From: an uncultured Spirochaetota bacterium
Lineage (GTDB): Bacteria > Spirochaetota > Brevinematia > Brevinematales > JAOACQ01
Assembly (NCBI GenBank): GCA_963768055.1
Contig: CAVYGN010000001.1
Coordinates: 1,632,001-1,696,000 of the forward strand
DNA length: 64,000 bases
Reading direction: 5' to 3'
Part shown: positions 1 through 10,226 of the stretch, piece after piece
Position numbering within the stretch: the first letter of the stretch is position 1
Layout: each line of letters starts with the position of its first letter
Notes under the pieces: generated by a model
What the model saw: the letters and a program-made list of their open reading frames with translations, nothing else
Told to the model about the DNA's origin: nothing
Database searches by the model: none
Translations under genes and position numbers: made by a program

Positions 1-351
1 GCTAAAGCCCTCTTCCCATTTTTTAATAAAATCGGGTATCATCGACGGGGGGTCCTGGAGGTCGCAGACAAGCGATATGACCGCGTCGCCCCCCGCCTGG
101 AGCATGCCATGGAACGGGGACCGGATGTGACCGAAATTGCGGATATTGACGATAATTTTTATATTTTTATCGGCGCCGGCAATTTTTTTCAGGATTATGA
201 CCGTATTATCCGTCGAACAGTTATCGATAAATATATGCTCGTAGCGGTATTGAGGAAGTTTATCGAAGACCGACTTCACCAGCTTGTACACTTCCTCGAC
301 ATTGTCCTGTTCATTGTAGCAGGCCGTAAGGACGCTTATAAGTTTTTTCAT
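1..351 (-). CDS. GT2 family glycosyltransferase (DPM1/GtrB-like), runs off the window
   Basis: Manual translation from ATG at 351: MKKLISVLTACYNEQDNV...IFIDNCSTDNT...RNFGHIRS...CDLQDPP. Not in the ORF track. Confidence 0.85.
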   Translation of the reverse strand, partial: MKKLISVLTACYNEQDNVEEVYKLVKSVFDKLPQYRYEHIFIDNCSTDNTVIILKKIAGADKNIKIIVNIRNFGHIRSPFHGMLQAGGDAVISLVCDLQDPPSMIPDFIKKWEEGFS

Positions 352-572
352 ACTATTTTCTTACCTCTGCAAGGACCGCACACGCGAAATCCCTCGATAA
401 TATTCTAAAGAAAGACGGATTTTTGAGCAAATTGTCCGGCTGAACGAAAAAAATCCGCGGATGGCACAGATTCCCCCCTTTGGGGGGAAGCAGATGAACA
501 TAATTAATGTTAAGTTCAATCATTATTTAAAACACAAAAAAGATTTTGACAATTTAATGTTAAATAATTAGA

Positions 573-1334
573 ATGAAACATAAAAACAAAGAGGCAAAAT
601 TTATAAAATTTCTAACGATGATATTTTATATTTTCATGTTCATTACAATATCTGTCTCAATATATGCTGATGATAAAGTTGGCGGAAAACTTTATTATAT
701 TGATGTAACCGGGCTCGAGATTACTAAGCCCCTATACTATAGTCCCAAATATTTCAGAAACCTTAATGATTTTCAGTTAAACCATTTTATGTTTCCTATG
801 ATAGGTTTTATGGCTGTACTAAGTAATCTTGCAGATATTATAACAGAATTCGATATAACAAATATAAAAGGGGAGTACTACTCGTCAGCTTATATCTTAA
901 TAACTGCGGATTATACAAACTCAATCAGCAATAAATATAAAAATGATCCTTCAACATCTTCTCTTGAGCCAATATTACAATGGGATATACAGAATGCGAT
1001 TACTAATTTTAATGAAATGGGCGAGAAATTTCAGAGAATCAAGGATGATTTCTATTATATTATGGGAAATGATAAAAATTACTTTATCGGACCGGTTAAT
1101 ACAAGTGATGATTTATATATATATAAAAAATTTAAAATAAATGGCAACGATTGGTACTGGATAGCGCAATTTGCCCCGTATTCTGATTATGCTAGGGAAA
1201 ATGGCAAAATTGAAGGTTTAAATTATTTTTTTTATCACTTTGAAAAAGGGATAAGATATAGTATATATATAGGCAAAGGGAAAGAATTCGACGCTTTGAA
1301 ATTCCTTGAACGCTTTAAGCTGACAGGAAAATAA
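573..1334 (+). CDS. Hypothetical secreted protein, paralog A
   Basis: N-terminal hydrophobic signal-like segment; shares VGGKLY and YHF.KG.RY...F.ERFKLTGK with paralog B. True start may be downstream (618). Confidence 0.75.
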   Translation: MKHKNKEAKFIKFLTMIFYIFMFITISVSIYADDKVGGKLYYIDVTGLEITKPLYYSPKYFRNLNDFQLNHFMFPMIGFMAVLSNLADIITEFDITNIKGEYYSSAYILITADYTNSISNKYKNDPSTSSLEPILQWDIQNAITNFNEMGEKFQRIKDDFYYIMGNDKNYFIGPVNTSDDLYIYKKFKINGNDWYWIAQFAPYSDYARENGKIEGLNYFFYHFEKGIRYSIYIGKGKEFDALKFLERFKLTGK

Positions 1335-1398
1335 TGTCGGATTGTTGAATAAAGGCTAGTTTTCCCCAAATGGTGAAATTCAAGCTTTCCAATACTGA
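1301..1398. repeat. Direct repeat copy 1 (3' end of paralog plus ~65 bp downstream)
   Basis: taatgtcggattgttgaataaaggctagttttcc..caaatggtgaaattcaag.tttccaatactgaa recurs at ~4779-4847. Confidence 0.9.
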
Positions 1399-1912
1399 AT
1401 TGATTGACTGGGCTCTAAACTACAATGGAGGCTACGTTCCTGTGATATTTAATTCACAACCTAATGGAGGTAATTGAAATGAGGCAGTTTCAAATTTTAT
1501 TATTTTTTCTAGCTATTGCTGGTGGTGTTTATTCGCAGGAACATGTGGGCGGTAAACTGTACACGATTAATGTAATGGGACTTAAGGTAGAAAATCTAAC
1601 TAATTTTAGTTATAGTCATGAATTCATAGATCAAATTATTAGGAATGGGCATGAAGACAAATTTTATGAAGAAAATATAGAATTAGCAAATATGGCAGCA
1701 TTGGGATATTTAGCGGACAGTATAACAAAGTTTCGTATAAAAAATATAGCATATATTTTGGTAACAGCCGATTTTGTTAATGTTGTTTATAAAAATAAAG
1801 AGGATGCCGGACTGTCGAGGACCGGGTAGATTCCCCAGTGGCAGGGGCATGAGATTCCCCACCTTTTCCCGAAAAATACCGTTCTTGATTTTAGAGAGAA
1901 ATCATAAAACTT

Positions 1913-2659
1913 TCAAATAGTTTTCCCTTCCTTCCGGAAAGATTTTCCATCTTTGGATTTTACCAGGATTTTAATTGAGCCTGAAACAAGGCGGTCAAGC
2001 ATAGCCCCTCCAATCACAGGATCAGGGAAGATTGCCAGCCAGTCCTCCGGAGGCCGGTTGCTTGTCAGAATAATGGACCTGTTTCCAAGCCTTTCATCGA
2101 CAATCCGGTATAGGTATTCCGTTTCTTCATTGTCGAGTTTTTTAAATCCGAAATCGTCTATTATCAGGAGGTCTGTTTTAATACACTTTCTGAATAGAGT
2201 ATTCTTAAACATAAGCTTTTCGCTTTTCAAGTCTTCAAGAAGAACCGCGGCTTTCTTGAAAAGAACTGTGTTTCCTCTTCTGCAGGCCTCATGGCCGACT
2301 GATTTTGCAATGCATGTTTTACCTATGCCGGGAGGCCCGGCGATGACAACAAACTGTCTCATATCCATGAAACGGCAGGACGCGATTTCACGAATAAGCC
2401 TTGAAGGGATAGCGCTCTCATTGAAATTAAAATCAAACCCCTCGAAAGTGTTTTCCTGGCCGAACTTCGCTTCTCTCAGCCTCTTTTTGAGCATGTTATT
2501 ATCCCTCTGGCATAATTCATCCTGAACTAACAAAGAGAAAAATTCTCCATAGTCCAGGTTTGATTCTTGAGCCTCCCTGATCCGCATAGGAAGGTTGAAT
2601 AGCATCCCAGGAAGCTTTAACCTCCTTAAGTTTGCCTCAAGCTGATTCTGATGTTCCAT
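1913..2659 (-). CDS. istB: IS21 helper ATPase IstB
   Basis: GPPGIGKT Walker A, LLIIDDFG Walker B, TSN and A(M)LDRL motifs. Confidence 0.95.
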   Translation of the reverse strand: MEHQNQLEANLRRLKLPGMLFNLPMRIREAQESNLDYGEFFSLLVQDELCQRDNNMLKKRLREAKFGQENTFEGFDFNFNESAIPSRLIREIASCRFMDMRQFVVIAGPPGIGKTCIAKSVGHEACRRGNTVLFKKAAVLLEDLKSEKLMFKNTLFRKCIKTDLLIIDDFGFKKLDNEETEYLYRIVDERLGNRSIILTSNRPPEDWLAIFPDPVIGGAMLDRLVSGSIKILVKSKDGKSFRKEGKTI

Positions 2660-2677
2660 ATTTCCTCCTCATTATCT

Positions 2678-4221
2678 CTATTGAAAGTAATAGCTGCCGT
2701 CCCTGGTCATTTCAGACCCTTCTTCTGAAATTTCAAACAGGGTGTCCTGTTTATCCTTTCCTTCATTTTCCATCCAGCTTTTGAATAGTTTGGGATCGGT
2801 TATTTTTGCCGATATTGCTCTTTCACAGACTTTATTAAAGTATTCTTCTTTCGAGAATGTTTCCATTACACTTAAGAACCCCAGGGCCCTCCGGCAATTC
2901 AGATTAGCATGAACAGCAAGGATTTGAAAGATCAACTGGTATGCGGCTTCTCCGTATTTCCTCGACTGGTCTAATAAATACTTGGGGTATCCCCCGGATA
3001 GCATCTCCCTTGTATTCTCCGGAAAATCAGTCTTTTCATATGCTGCATGTCCTCTTGGTACGACAAATTCCCGGATAAGTTTGTACTGGAAGAAGATCTT
3101 CACTAAATTGCCGGTTCTCCTGACAAAGACTTCCTCTCCACGATACCTGGGAGGCAGGGAATACCTCTTTTTCTCGAACTGGACAAATTGGTCCGGGTGT
3201 ACCTTGGCCTTTTTCCATACGGGAGTCTTAAACCTTTCTTCAGGAAGCTTCTTAAGCAGGGGCTTCTCTATCGTTTCAAATACCTCTATTGGTTTCAAAC
3301 CTGTTGTTCCATGGTTCCTCATCCCGTATTCATACCTGCACCATTCCAGAGCTTTGATGTTTAATTCCTTTAACGAGGCTCCGGGATTAAGGGCTTTAAG
3401 TTTTCTGAAAAGCTCTCTGGCAACAGGGACCATTCTCTCTATCTTGGCTTTATCCTTTGGTTTCCTTACCCTGCAAGGATCAAGAAAAGTATTGTAATAC
3501 TCCGCATAATCAGCATATGCCTGATTATATTTAGGATCGTAAAGGTCCGGTGATATGATGCCGGTTTTCAGATTGTCCAGGGATATTCTTACAGGCACAC
3601 CGCCGTAAAACTCCAGCATATCCACATTGCTTTCAACGAATGATTCCTGGTTTTGTGAATAGACATATTGAACAAATGGCAGCCTTGAACTCGACATTAT
3701 TCCGATAAAAGACTGCACGATCTTGTTGTGCCCCAGGTATTCCATTGTGCCGGCCCTGCCGTAGTCAAGCTGGATCTCCTGACCAGGGTTAGTTTCAATC
3801 CGGATGGTTTCCTTTAATTCTTTAGCTGTAAGGCCGCTCTTTATCGAGAATCTCTTGAAACTTGTATAGCTTATGTCCAGATTATGCCTTATACAGACAA
3901 CTTCAAAGGCTGTCTTGGGTTTCATTCCGTTTTTCGGGTCATTTATGAGCCCGTACAGCTCATCTTTATATCGTTCAAGTATGCTTGTGCCTTATTTTCA
4001 TTTTTTGGAGGCCCTACAAAGGGGCGTTTCAGATGGAATTCTTCCCGGCTTATTGTTTCTCCCGCCTTTTCAAAGCCGTAATCGATAATTTTTTGAATCG
4101 CTAGTCGGACTGTTTTCCTATCCCTGTTTTCCTGTTCGGAAATTTCACTTATGCTTTGATCGGCTTTCCATCGTCTGTAAATGTCATAGTAATCCTGTTC
4201 GTTCATAAATCTGTACCCCAT
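2678..4221 (-). pseudogene. istA: IS21 transposase IstA with a frameshift near 3985-3995
   Basis: N-terminal HTH part in ORF 3943-4221; DDE core (QLDYG, DNLK, KAKIER) in ORF 2678-3925, in another frame that opens just after a TAA near 3992. Confidence 0.85.
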
Positions 4222-4812
4222 CCATTCCCCTCCGGTTTTTTCCGGAGAGTATGTTTGATTTTTTAGATTCTGAACAGGAAAAGGTGGGTGGGGAATCTCA
4301 TGGCCCTGGATGCTAAAAAGTGGGGAATGTGGTGGCCCTGACCCTGGGGAATCTCATGGCCCTATTTTGCCTTTTTACTGGGGAATCTGGGTGGCCCCGG
4401 ACAGCCGGACCATATTTAACCCTAGAACCTGCTCTGCAAACAGACATGCGAACTGCGGTTACTAACACAAATGATAAAAAATTTTTAAAGGTTAAAGATA
4501 ATTTTTATGAAGCAATCGGAAAAGATAAGAAATACTTTCTGGGTACGATAGGTTTTGATACCTATATTTTTAATAGTGTAGTTATTATTGGGTTAAACTG
4601 GTATTGGGAGGCAGAATTTGATGCAAATAATGCAAACGATTCGGATAATGGGAAAGGACAGGGGGTATTGTACTATTTTTATCATTTTGATAAAGGGGTA
4701 AGATATTGTGTATGTATGATACATGATAAAGATTTCGACTCGTTGAAATTCATGGAACGTTTTAAGTTGACTGGAAAATAATGTCGGATTGTTGAATAAA
4801 GGCTAGTTTTCC

Positions 4813-4878
4813 TCAAATGGTGAAATTCAAGGTTTCCAATACTGAAATTATTTCCCTTGATGAGTAAAGCTTAGACAT
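4813..4878 (-). pseudogene. Truncated HicA-like toxin remnant (MSKLYSSREIISVLETLNFTI*)
   Basis: Overlaps the stop of the HicB-like gene; resembles a HicA N-terminus but stops after 21 codons. Confidence 0.55.
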
Positions 4879-5080
4879 TGATTTTTTCTCTTCCGATAAA
4901 AATATTATTAATTTCAGGCAATTCAACTTCATCCTCAAAGTAAAGTTCAACCGCTTCTTTAAGGTTATTTGCGGCTTCGTCAATGGTTTTTCCAAAAGAG
5001 GAAACATTGACATTCAGACATTGCGAAACATAGTATTCCCCTTCCTGCCAGACTACAAAATCTACTTCCTTTTCCTGCAT
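4871..5080 (-). CDS. HicB-like antitoxin
   Basis: EGEYYVSQC...SSFGKTIDEAANNLKEAVELYFED pattern; GGAG RBS. Confidence 0.8.
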   Translation of the reverse strand: MQEKEVDFVVWQEGEYYVSQCLNVNVSSFGKTIDEAANNLKEAVELYFEDEVELPEINNIFIGREKINV

Positions 5081-5287
5081 ATTTATCTCCTGTAAAAAAT
5101 GATAATGTTAATTGATCCTTAAATCAAGTTTTATTTTTGGTCATTAATGTTGGCTTCCATCAACAGTCTTTGACAAACAACAAAATTTGATAAGATTTTG
5201 ACAAGCAATTGTTAATTAATTAAAATCTAAGAATAAAAAAGTCTCAAGTTTTGATTATAGGGCTAAGGGAATTTTGTATTCGACGGA

Positions 5288-6829
5288 GTGAACCGGATCG
5301 CCGCCATTTCGGAAACGGCGGCCAGCACGGTTTTCTACCTGCATACCGATAATGTCGGTTCTACTACCCTTGTCACTACCGCTAATGGAACCGCTTACCA
5401 GAAGATAATTTATGCAAACTACGGCGCGATCTACAAGGCCTGGGACTCCGGGTCGGGAAGCTGGAATTCCCCGAATTCAGGGACCCTTTCAGACATCGGG
5501 AACTACGCGTTTACGGGCCAGGAAATAGACGGCGATACGGGGCTTTTATACTGCGGAGCGCGCTACTACGACCCGGATATCGGGAGATTTATCTCGGCAG
5601 ATTCACATGTCGACGGCAAGGGCCTCGATACTCAGGGATATAACAGGTATTCATATGCGAGAAACAACCCGATCGTTTATAATGATCCGAGCGGGCATGA
5701 CTGGTTGAATGATTTGTTTGGGGGCTGGAATAAAACTGTAGAGGGTATTATTGGAGCTGTAGTTATATTAGCCGGTATAATTTCAGTATGCAGCCCCGAT
5801 TTCTACGGCTCCTCAGCGGTTAGCAATTCAGTTGGATCTTTATTAATTACAATTGGGTATACAATGCTTTGCTACGCATTTAATGATCCGCAAGCTGCTC
5901 AAATAGAAACCACACCAGGCGATATACCAGTAGGACCAGATCCAGGTAACAATGGTCCTGGAGGCGGTGGCGGGGATAACAATGGCGGAAATAATAATGG
6001 AAACGGCGGCAATGGTAATGGAGGCTACCCGATCCCCGGAATCGGGGGCATGGGGTATCCAGGCGATACCACTACTGATCCCACTACTGTAAATGGCAAT
6101 ATTAACAATGCTGATCCCAATAACCCTAATTCAACGGCAGGAACATCAGGGGTTACATATAATAACGACATATCATGGCAGAACTGGTATAATCCTAGCT
6201 TCAATTATACCGCTGGCGGCACCTCACCAAACCTTACAACAACTGGCGATATAATCTATGATTATAACGGATTACAAACTTACGTTAATAATCAAACTCA
6301 AGCACCGGAGCCATGGTTTAATGTAGGAGATACTTCGGCTGCCGGTTTTTCAGACATGGTTGGTCCAGGATATTATATTTTGACCAGGGATATAGGTGGT
6401 GGTGTGTTTGACACATTTGGTTTAACTGATCCAGTACATTCAGCCTCTTTATTAGTATATACTAATTACGATGGAACAACTAATTTCCTCGCAGATGAGC
6501 TTATGCCAAGTAATGGTATGATCGTTTGGGGAGATGGATATTACCTAAAAACATTTTCAGGAGTCTTTAATATCAATGATTCAAATTATAATAATTTTTA
6601 TAATGAAATGTATAAATATAATTTTACCGTTTATGGACCTATGAATACTGGGAACGGTAATTATGGCCCAAATTTAGTCGATGAAATGAGTAATAATCTG
6701 AATAATTGGGGCCATCCTGCATATTGGTTCTTAGGTGGGCAAAACTGCAACAATTTGTCAGAGTATCAGTATAACACTCTATTTCCCGGCTCAATTTGGC
6801 CAAAAATTCCAGGAGCAGTAGGTCAATAA
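5288..6829 (+). CDS. Orphan Rhs-core protein with C-terminal toxin domain (5' truncated)
   Basis: YLHTDNVGS, FTGQEID.DTGLLY..ARYYDP.IGRF, NRYSYARNNP..YNDPSG; no upstream YD-repeat body. Confidence 0.85.
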   Translation: MNRIAAISETAASTVFYLHTDNVGSTTLVTTANGTAYQKIIYANYGAIYKAWDSGSGSWNSPNSGTLSDIGNYAFTGQEIDGDTGLLYCGARYYDPDIGRFISADSHVDGKGLDTQGYNRYSYARNNPIVYNDPSGHDWLNDLFGGWNKTVEGIIGAVVILAGIISVCSPDFYGSSAVSNSVGSLLITIGYTMLCYAFNDPQAAQIETTPGDIPVGPDPGNNGPGGGGGDNNGGNNNGNGGNGNGGYPIPGIGGMGYPGDTTTDPTTVNGNINNADPNNPNSTAGTSGVTYNNDISWQNWYNPSFNYTAGGTSPNLTTTGDIIYDYNGLQTYVNNQTQAPEPWFNVGDTSAAGFSDMVGPGYYILTRDIGGGVFDTFGLTDPVHSASLLVYTNYDGTTNFLADELMPSNGMIVWGDGYYLKTFSGVFNINDSNYNNFYNEMYKYNFTVYGPMNTGNGNYGPNLVDEMSNNLNNWGHPAYWFLGGQNCNNLSEYQYNTLFPGSIWPKIPGAVGQ

Positions 6830-6854
6830 TAAGATAAGCAATAGTGGAGGGAAT

Positions 6855-7421
6855 ATGTTAAAATTTATGGGGTTTGTTATAATTGCTGTGTTATTGTTTG
6901 TAACATATTTTTTCTTTATTGGAAATCGTACAAAGATGTTTGCAGTGAAAGGATATGAAAATATTGTTAATTGGGAAGGTCCTGCTGAAAGAGATAGAAA
7001 AATAATTATAGATGATAATAATATTTTTATTCAGTATACAGTTTTATTCTTAGCAGATAGGATAAATTCATCATATTCTTATCTAACAATAAAAAACAAA
7101 ACAGCAAAAAATTTAAAAATATTAAAAGTTGAATTTTATCACATTTTTAAAAGCGAATCCTTAGAAAATACTTACACAAACAAAGGGTCTATCGGAAAAG
7201 ATAGATATACAGATATTCAACCTCCTTTAATATTAAGCAGTAAAATTAACCAGGCATTTTTTAATTTTACCTCCAATAAAGTGAGCAAGGGCTTCAACGT
7301 CGGTGATATAATTAACGTTATGGTGGAAGTAGAATATGAAGTTAACGGTCAGGTTTTAACCGTCAATGAAAATATTCCAATTGTTGTGCAGATGAGGAAA
7401 ATTCCAATTGCCTGGTTTTAA
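6855..7421 (+). CDS. Membrane-anchored hypothetical protein, candidate Rhs immunity protein
   Basis: Directly follows the Rhs C-terminus; GGAGG RBS; N-terminal TM helix. Function inferred from position. Confidence 0.6.
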   Translation: MLKFMGFVIIAVLLFVTYFFFIGNRTKMFAVKGYENIVNWEGPAERDRKIIIDDNNIFIQYTVLFLADRINSSYSYLTIKNKTAKNLKILKVEFYHIFKSESLENTYTNKGSIGKDRYTDIQPPLILSSKINQAFFNFTSNKVSKGFNVGDIINVMVEVEYEVNGQVLTVNENIPIVVQMRKIPIAWF

Positions 7422-7919
7422 CAATACAGCACGTAAAGTGAAAGAAAAATAGATATGTCTCAAATTTTTTACTAGGAAAAGGTATTTTAACCTAATTTAT
7501 GTTATAACAATAATCATGTTGCTTAGTGAACATTGTTATTATTTTAAACATATGTCCTACGGCAACCTACTATCATCAGGTACAAAATTAAAAAAGGCAA
7601 GTTGATTTTCTTATCTATCTCAAATCCCGGTGATTTGAAGGGAAATATTGCATTTATCAGCCGTGATATGGGATTACAATGACAAATGGTATCATTGACA
7701 AAAGGTTCCCGGTCGGCATAAAATTCAAAGGCGTATATTTAATTTTGCAGGGAAATCAATAGCGCATATCGAAAGAAATGTCTTTTGCACAAAACCGGTA
7801 ATTAGCTTTCATTTACAGATTGTTGAAAGGTAATATGGTGTACGCCGGTTCTTCGTTTGACTAATAAAAAGCAATGCTATAAACAATTTGCATAAGAATA
7901 GATCTTCTTGAGGCATCGA

Positions 7920-8053
7920 ATGCCGAGAGTATTGTATATTAATGGTTTCCGGTTTTTCTTTTTCAATAATGAACGGAACGAGATGCCGCATTTCATATTA
8001 TAATCTCCGATCTGGAACTATTAAAGGAGGCATGGCATGGATACTTCGGTTAG
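7920..8053 (+). pseudogene. DUF4160-like toxin gene with internal deletion
   Basis: N-terminus MPRVLYINGFRFFFFNNERNEMPH joined directly to C-terminus DLELLKEAWHGYFG* in another frame; overlaps the DUF2442 gene start. Confidence 0.7.
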
Positions 8054-8291
8054 ATCAGGGCCGTTTTCAATATCAGCAAGAGCTATAGATGTAAAGACCA
8101 CAAAAGAAGAATTATCAGTATATCTCGAGGATGGAAGGAAATTGTCTGTCCCTCTGGAATGGTTTCCGAGGCTGCGGGACGCTACGGAAGCAGAGCTGGC
8201 TGATTGGGAATTTATCGGCGGCGGCATCGGCATTCACTGGGAAAAGCTTGACGAGGACATTTCAGTCCGCGGGTTGCTGGAATCGGAATAG
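8037..8291 (+). CDS. DUF2442 domain protein (putative antitoxin)
   Basis: LEDGRKLSVPLEWFPRL..AT......W...GGGIGIHW..LDEDIS. Confidence 0.85.
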   Translation: MDTSVRSGPFSISARAIDVKTTKEELSVYLEDGRKLSVPLEWFPRLRDATEAELADWEFIGGGIGIHWEKLDEDISVRGLLESE

Positions 8292-8414
8292 AAATCAGGA
8301 GAAATACCCTCTTGTTGGAGGTGTTTTTTCAATCCTAGAAGAAGAATTGAAGAATAAAATAGACCTTTTTACTGGTGAATCTGGGTGACAGATTGCATAT
8401 TGATCGATTCGGCC

Positions 8415-10226
8415 CTATTCGCTCTCATCAAGCAGGGGCACTATCATGTTCTCCCTTAATTCCTCCCTGCTCAGGAAGGGATAAAGATCCTCCAGGGGCT
8501 TGGAAATGATCCTGCCGTCCGGAAGCTTTTGAGAAGAAAGTTTCGGCTTGAATTCGTAATCCTCAGGAAGTTTAAGCTCGCAGATCAAGGGCCCGGCATG
8601 GCTTAAAACATCCTTTATCCGGTTTTTCAAATCTTTCTGGTTTTCAATAACCATTGACGGAATTCCGTAAGCGTCCGCTATTTTCCTTATATCCGGAAAG
8701 CCGACGCCCGTCGACGGATCCGTGCCTGTCCGCCTCCCGAAGAAATTGTCCTGGGTCTGCTTGATCGAGATATATCCGTTATTATTAAAATAAAATAATT
8801 TTATGGGAAGCCTGAAAGAAGATACCGTCATTAATTCCTGGATATTCATCTGAAGACTGCCGTCCCCGCAAAGGCAGATCACGTCTTTTTTATTGCCGGC
8901 GAAACATGCTCCTATCGCGGCGGGCAGATCGTAACCCATCGCGGCGCAGCCGGAATTCCAGATCACCCTCTGCCCTTTCCTGACAATCCCGTTCTGGAAA
9001 TACGCTATGCTGGGAGTGGCGTTGCCCGCAACAACTATTGCATTATCAGGGAGGCATTCGCTTAATACCGAACAAAAAAAGTACGGATCTATACGGGAAT
9101 CCTCTCGTTTGTTCTCTTCAGGAACGATAAAATACCTGTTTTTCCTTTCTATGCACCAGTCGAGCCATCCGGACCAATCAGGGAGTTTTAATCTGCCCAT
9201 AGCGCCTGTCAAATTATCAAGAAATGCTCCCGCATCGGCCAGGATAGAAATATCGGGGACCATCGTATTTTTCAGTAATTCGGATTTATCGATATCGACG
9301 ACGATCTTTTTTGCTGAACGCGCGAAATACCGGTATGAATAGCTGATCTGGCGGATATTGTTCCTCGATCCGACCGACAGCAATAAATCCGCGTTTTGCA
9401 GCGCGAAATTGCCGCTCCGGTTGCCTATTGTGCCGATCCTGCCGGCAAATAGAGGATTACCGGTTTCAATTAAATCAAAACCGTTAAAACTGCTGAGGAC
9501 CGGAATTTTGATTTTTGAGATAAAATTATTTAATTTATCTATCGCATGCGCAAGGCGGATTCCATGACCGGCTAAAAATACCGGCCTTTTCGATTCAAGA
9601 ATTTCTTTTATTACTGTTTGCAGCTGGGAACCGGATGGATTTATGCCGGCGTCTATCGGATTTTTTATAGTCGAATCAGATGACAGTTTGTTTTCATCTA
9701 CCTGGGCGGACTGCACGTTCATCGGTATATCCAGCCAGACGGGCCCCGGCCTCCCGGACAATGCTATTCCGATTGCTTTATCCAGTTCTTCACGGATTTT
9801 CATAGGATCGGTGACCATTTTTGCATACTTGGTAAGCGGCCTTACGACACTTATAATATCAGTTTCCTGATCGCCCAACTGCCTCAGGGAAATATCCGGC
9901 TGTGAGTAAATTGTGGTCTCGAATTTCACCTGTCCGGAAATATACAATACGGGGACCGAGTCGGTCCATTGACCCATCAATCCTGTCAGGGTATTTAAAC
10001 CTCCGGGGCCCGTAGTGACGTTTACAACTGCAAGTTTGCCTGTCGTCCTTGCATAACCCTCGGCGGCTATGGCGCAAGCCTGTTCATGGTGATTGAAAAC
10101 ACATTCTATACCCGGGCAAAAGCCGAACGCGTCATTGAGATGCATCGCTCCGCCCCCGGTTACCATAAAAACATGTTTAACTCCGATTTTATTAAGATAT
10201 CCCGCAATAAAATCAGCCAAACGCAT
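8415..10226 (-). CDS. ThDP-dependent enzyme, acetolactate synthase-like (YerE-like sugar carboligase by context)
   Basis: HHEQAC, TTGPG and GDGS...NN ThDP motifs; in an operon with CDP-dideoxysugar genes. Confidence 0.85.
   Translation of the reverse strand: MRLADFIAGYLNKIGVKHVFMVTGGGAMHLNDAFGFCPGIECVFNHHEQACAIAAEGYARTTGKLAVVNVTTGPGGLNTLTGLMGQWTDSVPVLYISGQVKFETTIYSQPDISLRQLGDQETDIISVVRPLTKYAKMVTDPMKIREELDKAIGIALSGRPGPVWLDIPMNVQSAQVDENKLSSDSTIKNPIDAGINPSGSQLQTVIKEILESKRPVFLAGHGIRLAHAIDKLNNFISKIKIPVLSSFNGFDLIETGNPLFAGRIGTIGNRSGNFALQNADLLLSVGSRNNIRQISYSYRYFARSAKKIVVDIDKSELLKNTMVPDISILADAGAFLDNLTGAMGRLKLPDWSGWLDWCIERKNRYFIVPEENKREDSRIDPYFFCSVLSECLPDNAIVVAGNATPSIAYFQNGIVRKGQRVIWNSGCAAMGYDLPAAIGACFAGNKKDVICLCGDGSLQMNIQELMTVSSFRLPIKLFYFNNNGYISIKQTQDNFFGRRTGTDPSTGVGFPDIRKIADAYGIPSMVIENQKDLKNRIKDVLSHAGPLICELKLPEDYEFKPKLSSQKLPDGRIISKPLEDLYPFLSREELRENMIVPLLDESE

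Larger units (their letters stand above)
1813..4403 (-). mobile_element. IS21 family insertion sequence (2591 bp)
   Basis: TGT...ACA ends; imperfect inverted repeats sharing AGATTCCCCAGT; several internal GGGAATCTCATGGCCC-type repeats; 7-bp target duplication GCCGGAC at 1806-1812 and 4404-4410; istA+istB. Confidence 0.95.
1464..4781 (+). pseudogene. Paralog B of the secreted protein, interrupted by IS21 (halves 1464-1812 and 4411-4781)
   Basis: Removing the IS and one target-duplication copy restores one frame (...NKEDAG-PYLTLEPALQ...), 239 aa, colinear with paralog A. Confidence 0.9.

Noticed and set aside
109..408. 99-aa plus-strand ORF
   Set aside because: Antisense shadow of the minus-strand GT2 gene at 1-351.
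1953..3497. Long plus-strand ORFs inside IS21, and similar shadow ORFs over housekeeping genes
   Set aside because: They lie antisense to well-supported genes and carry no recognisable motifs.
3985..4010. Programmed -1 frameshift in istA at the A6 run
   Set aside because: Slipping there meets a TGA and then a TAA in the new frame. A simple indel near 3990 explains the split better.
4285..4400. Regularly spaced GGGAATC..TGGCCC repeats as a CRISPR array
   Set aside because: They are the multiple terminal repeats typical of IS21 ends; spacers are too short and there are no cas genes.
8415..10226. Housekeeping ilvB
   Set aside because: No ilvN/ilvH or ilvC neighbour, and the gene abuts sugar-pathway genes.
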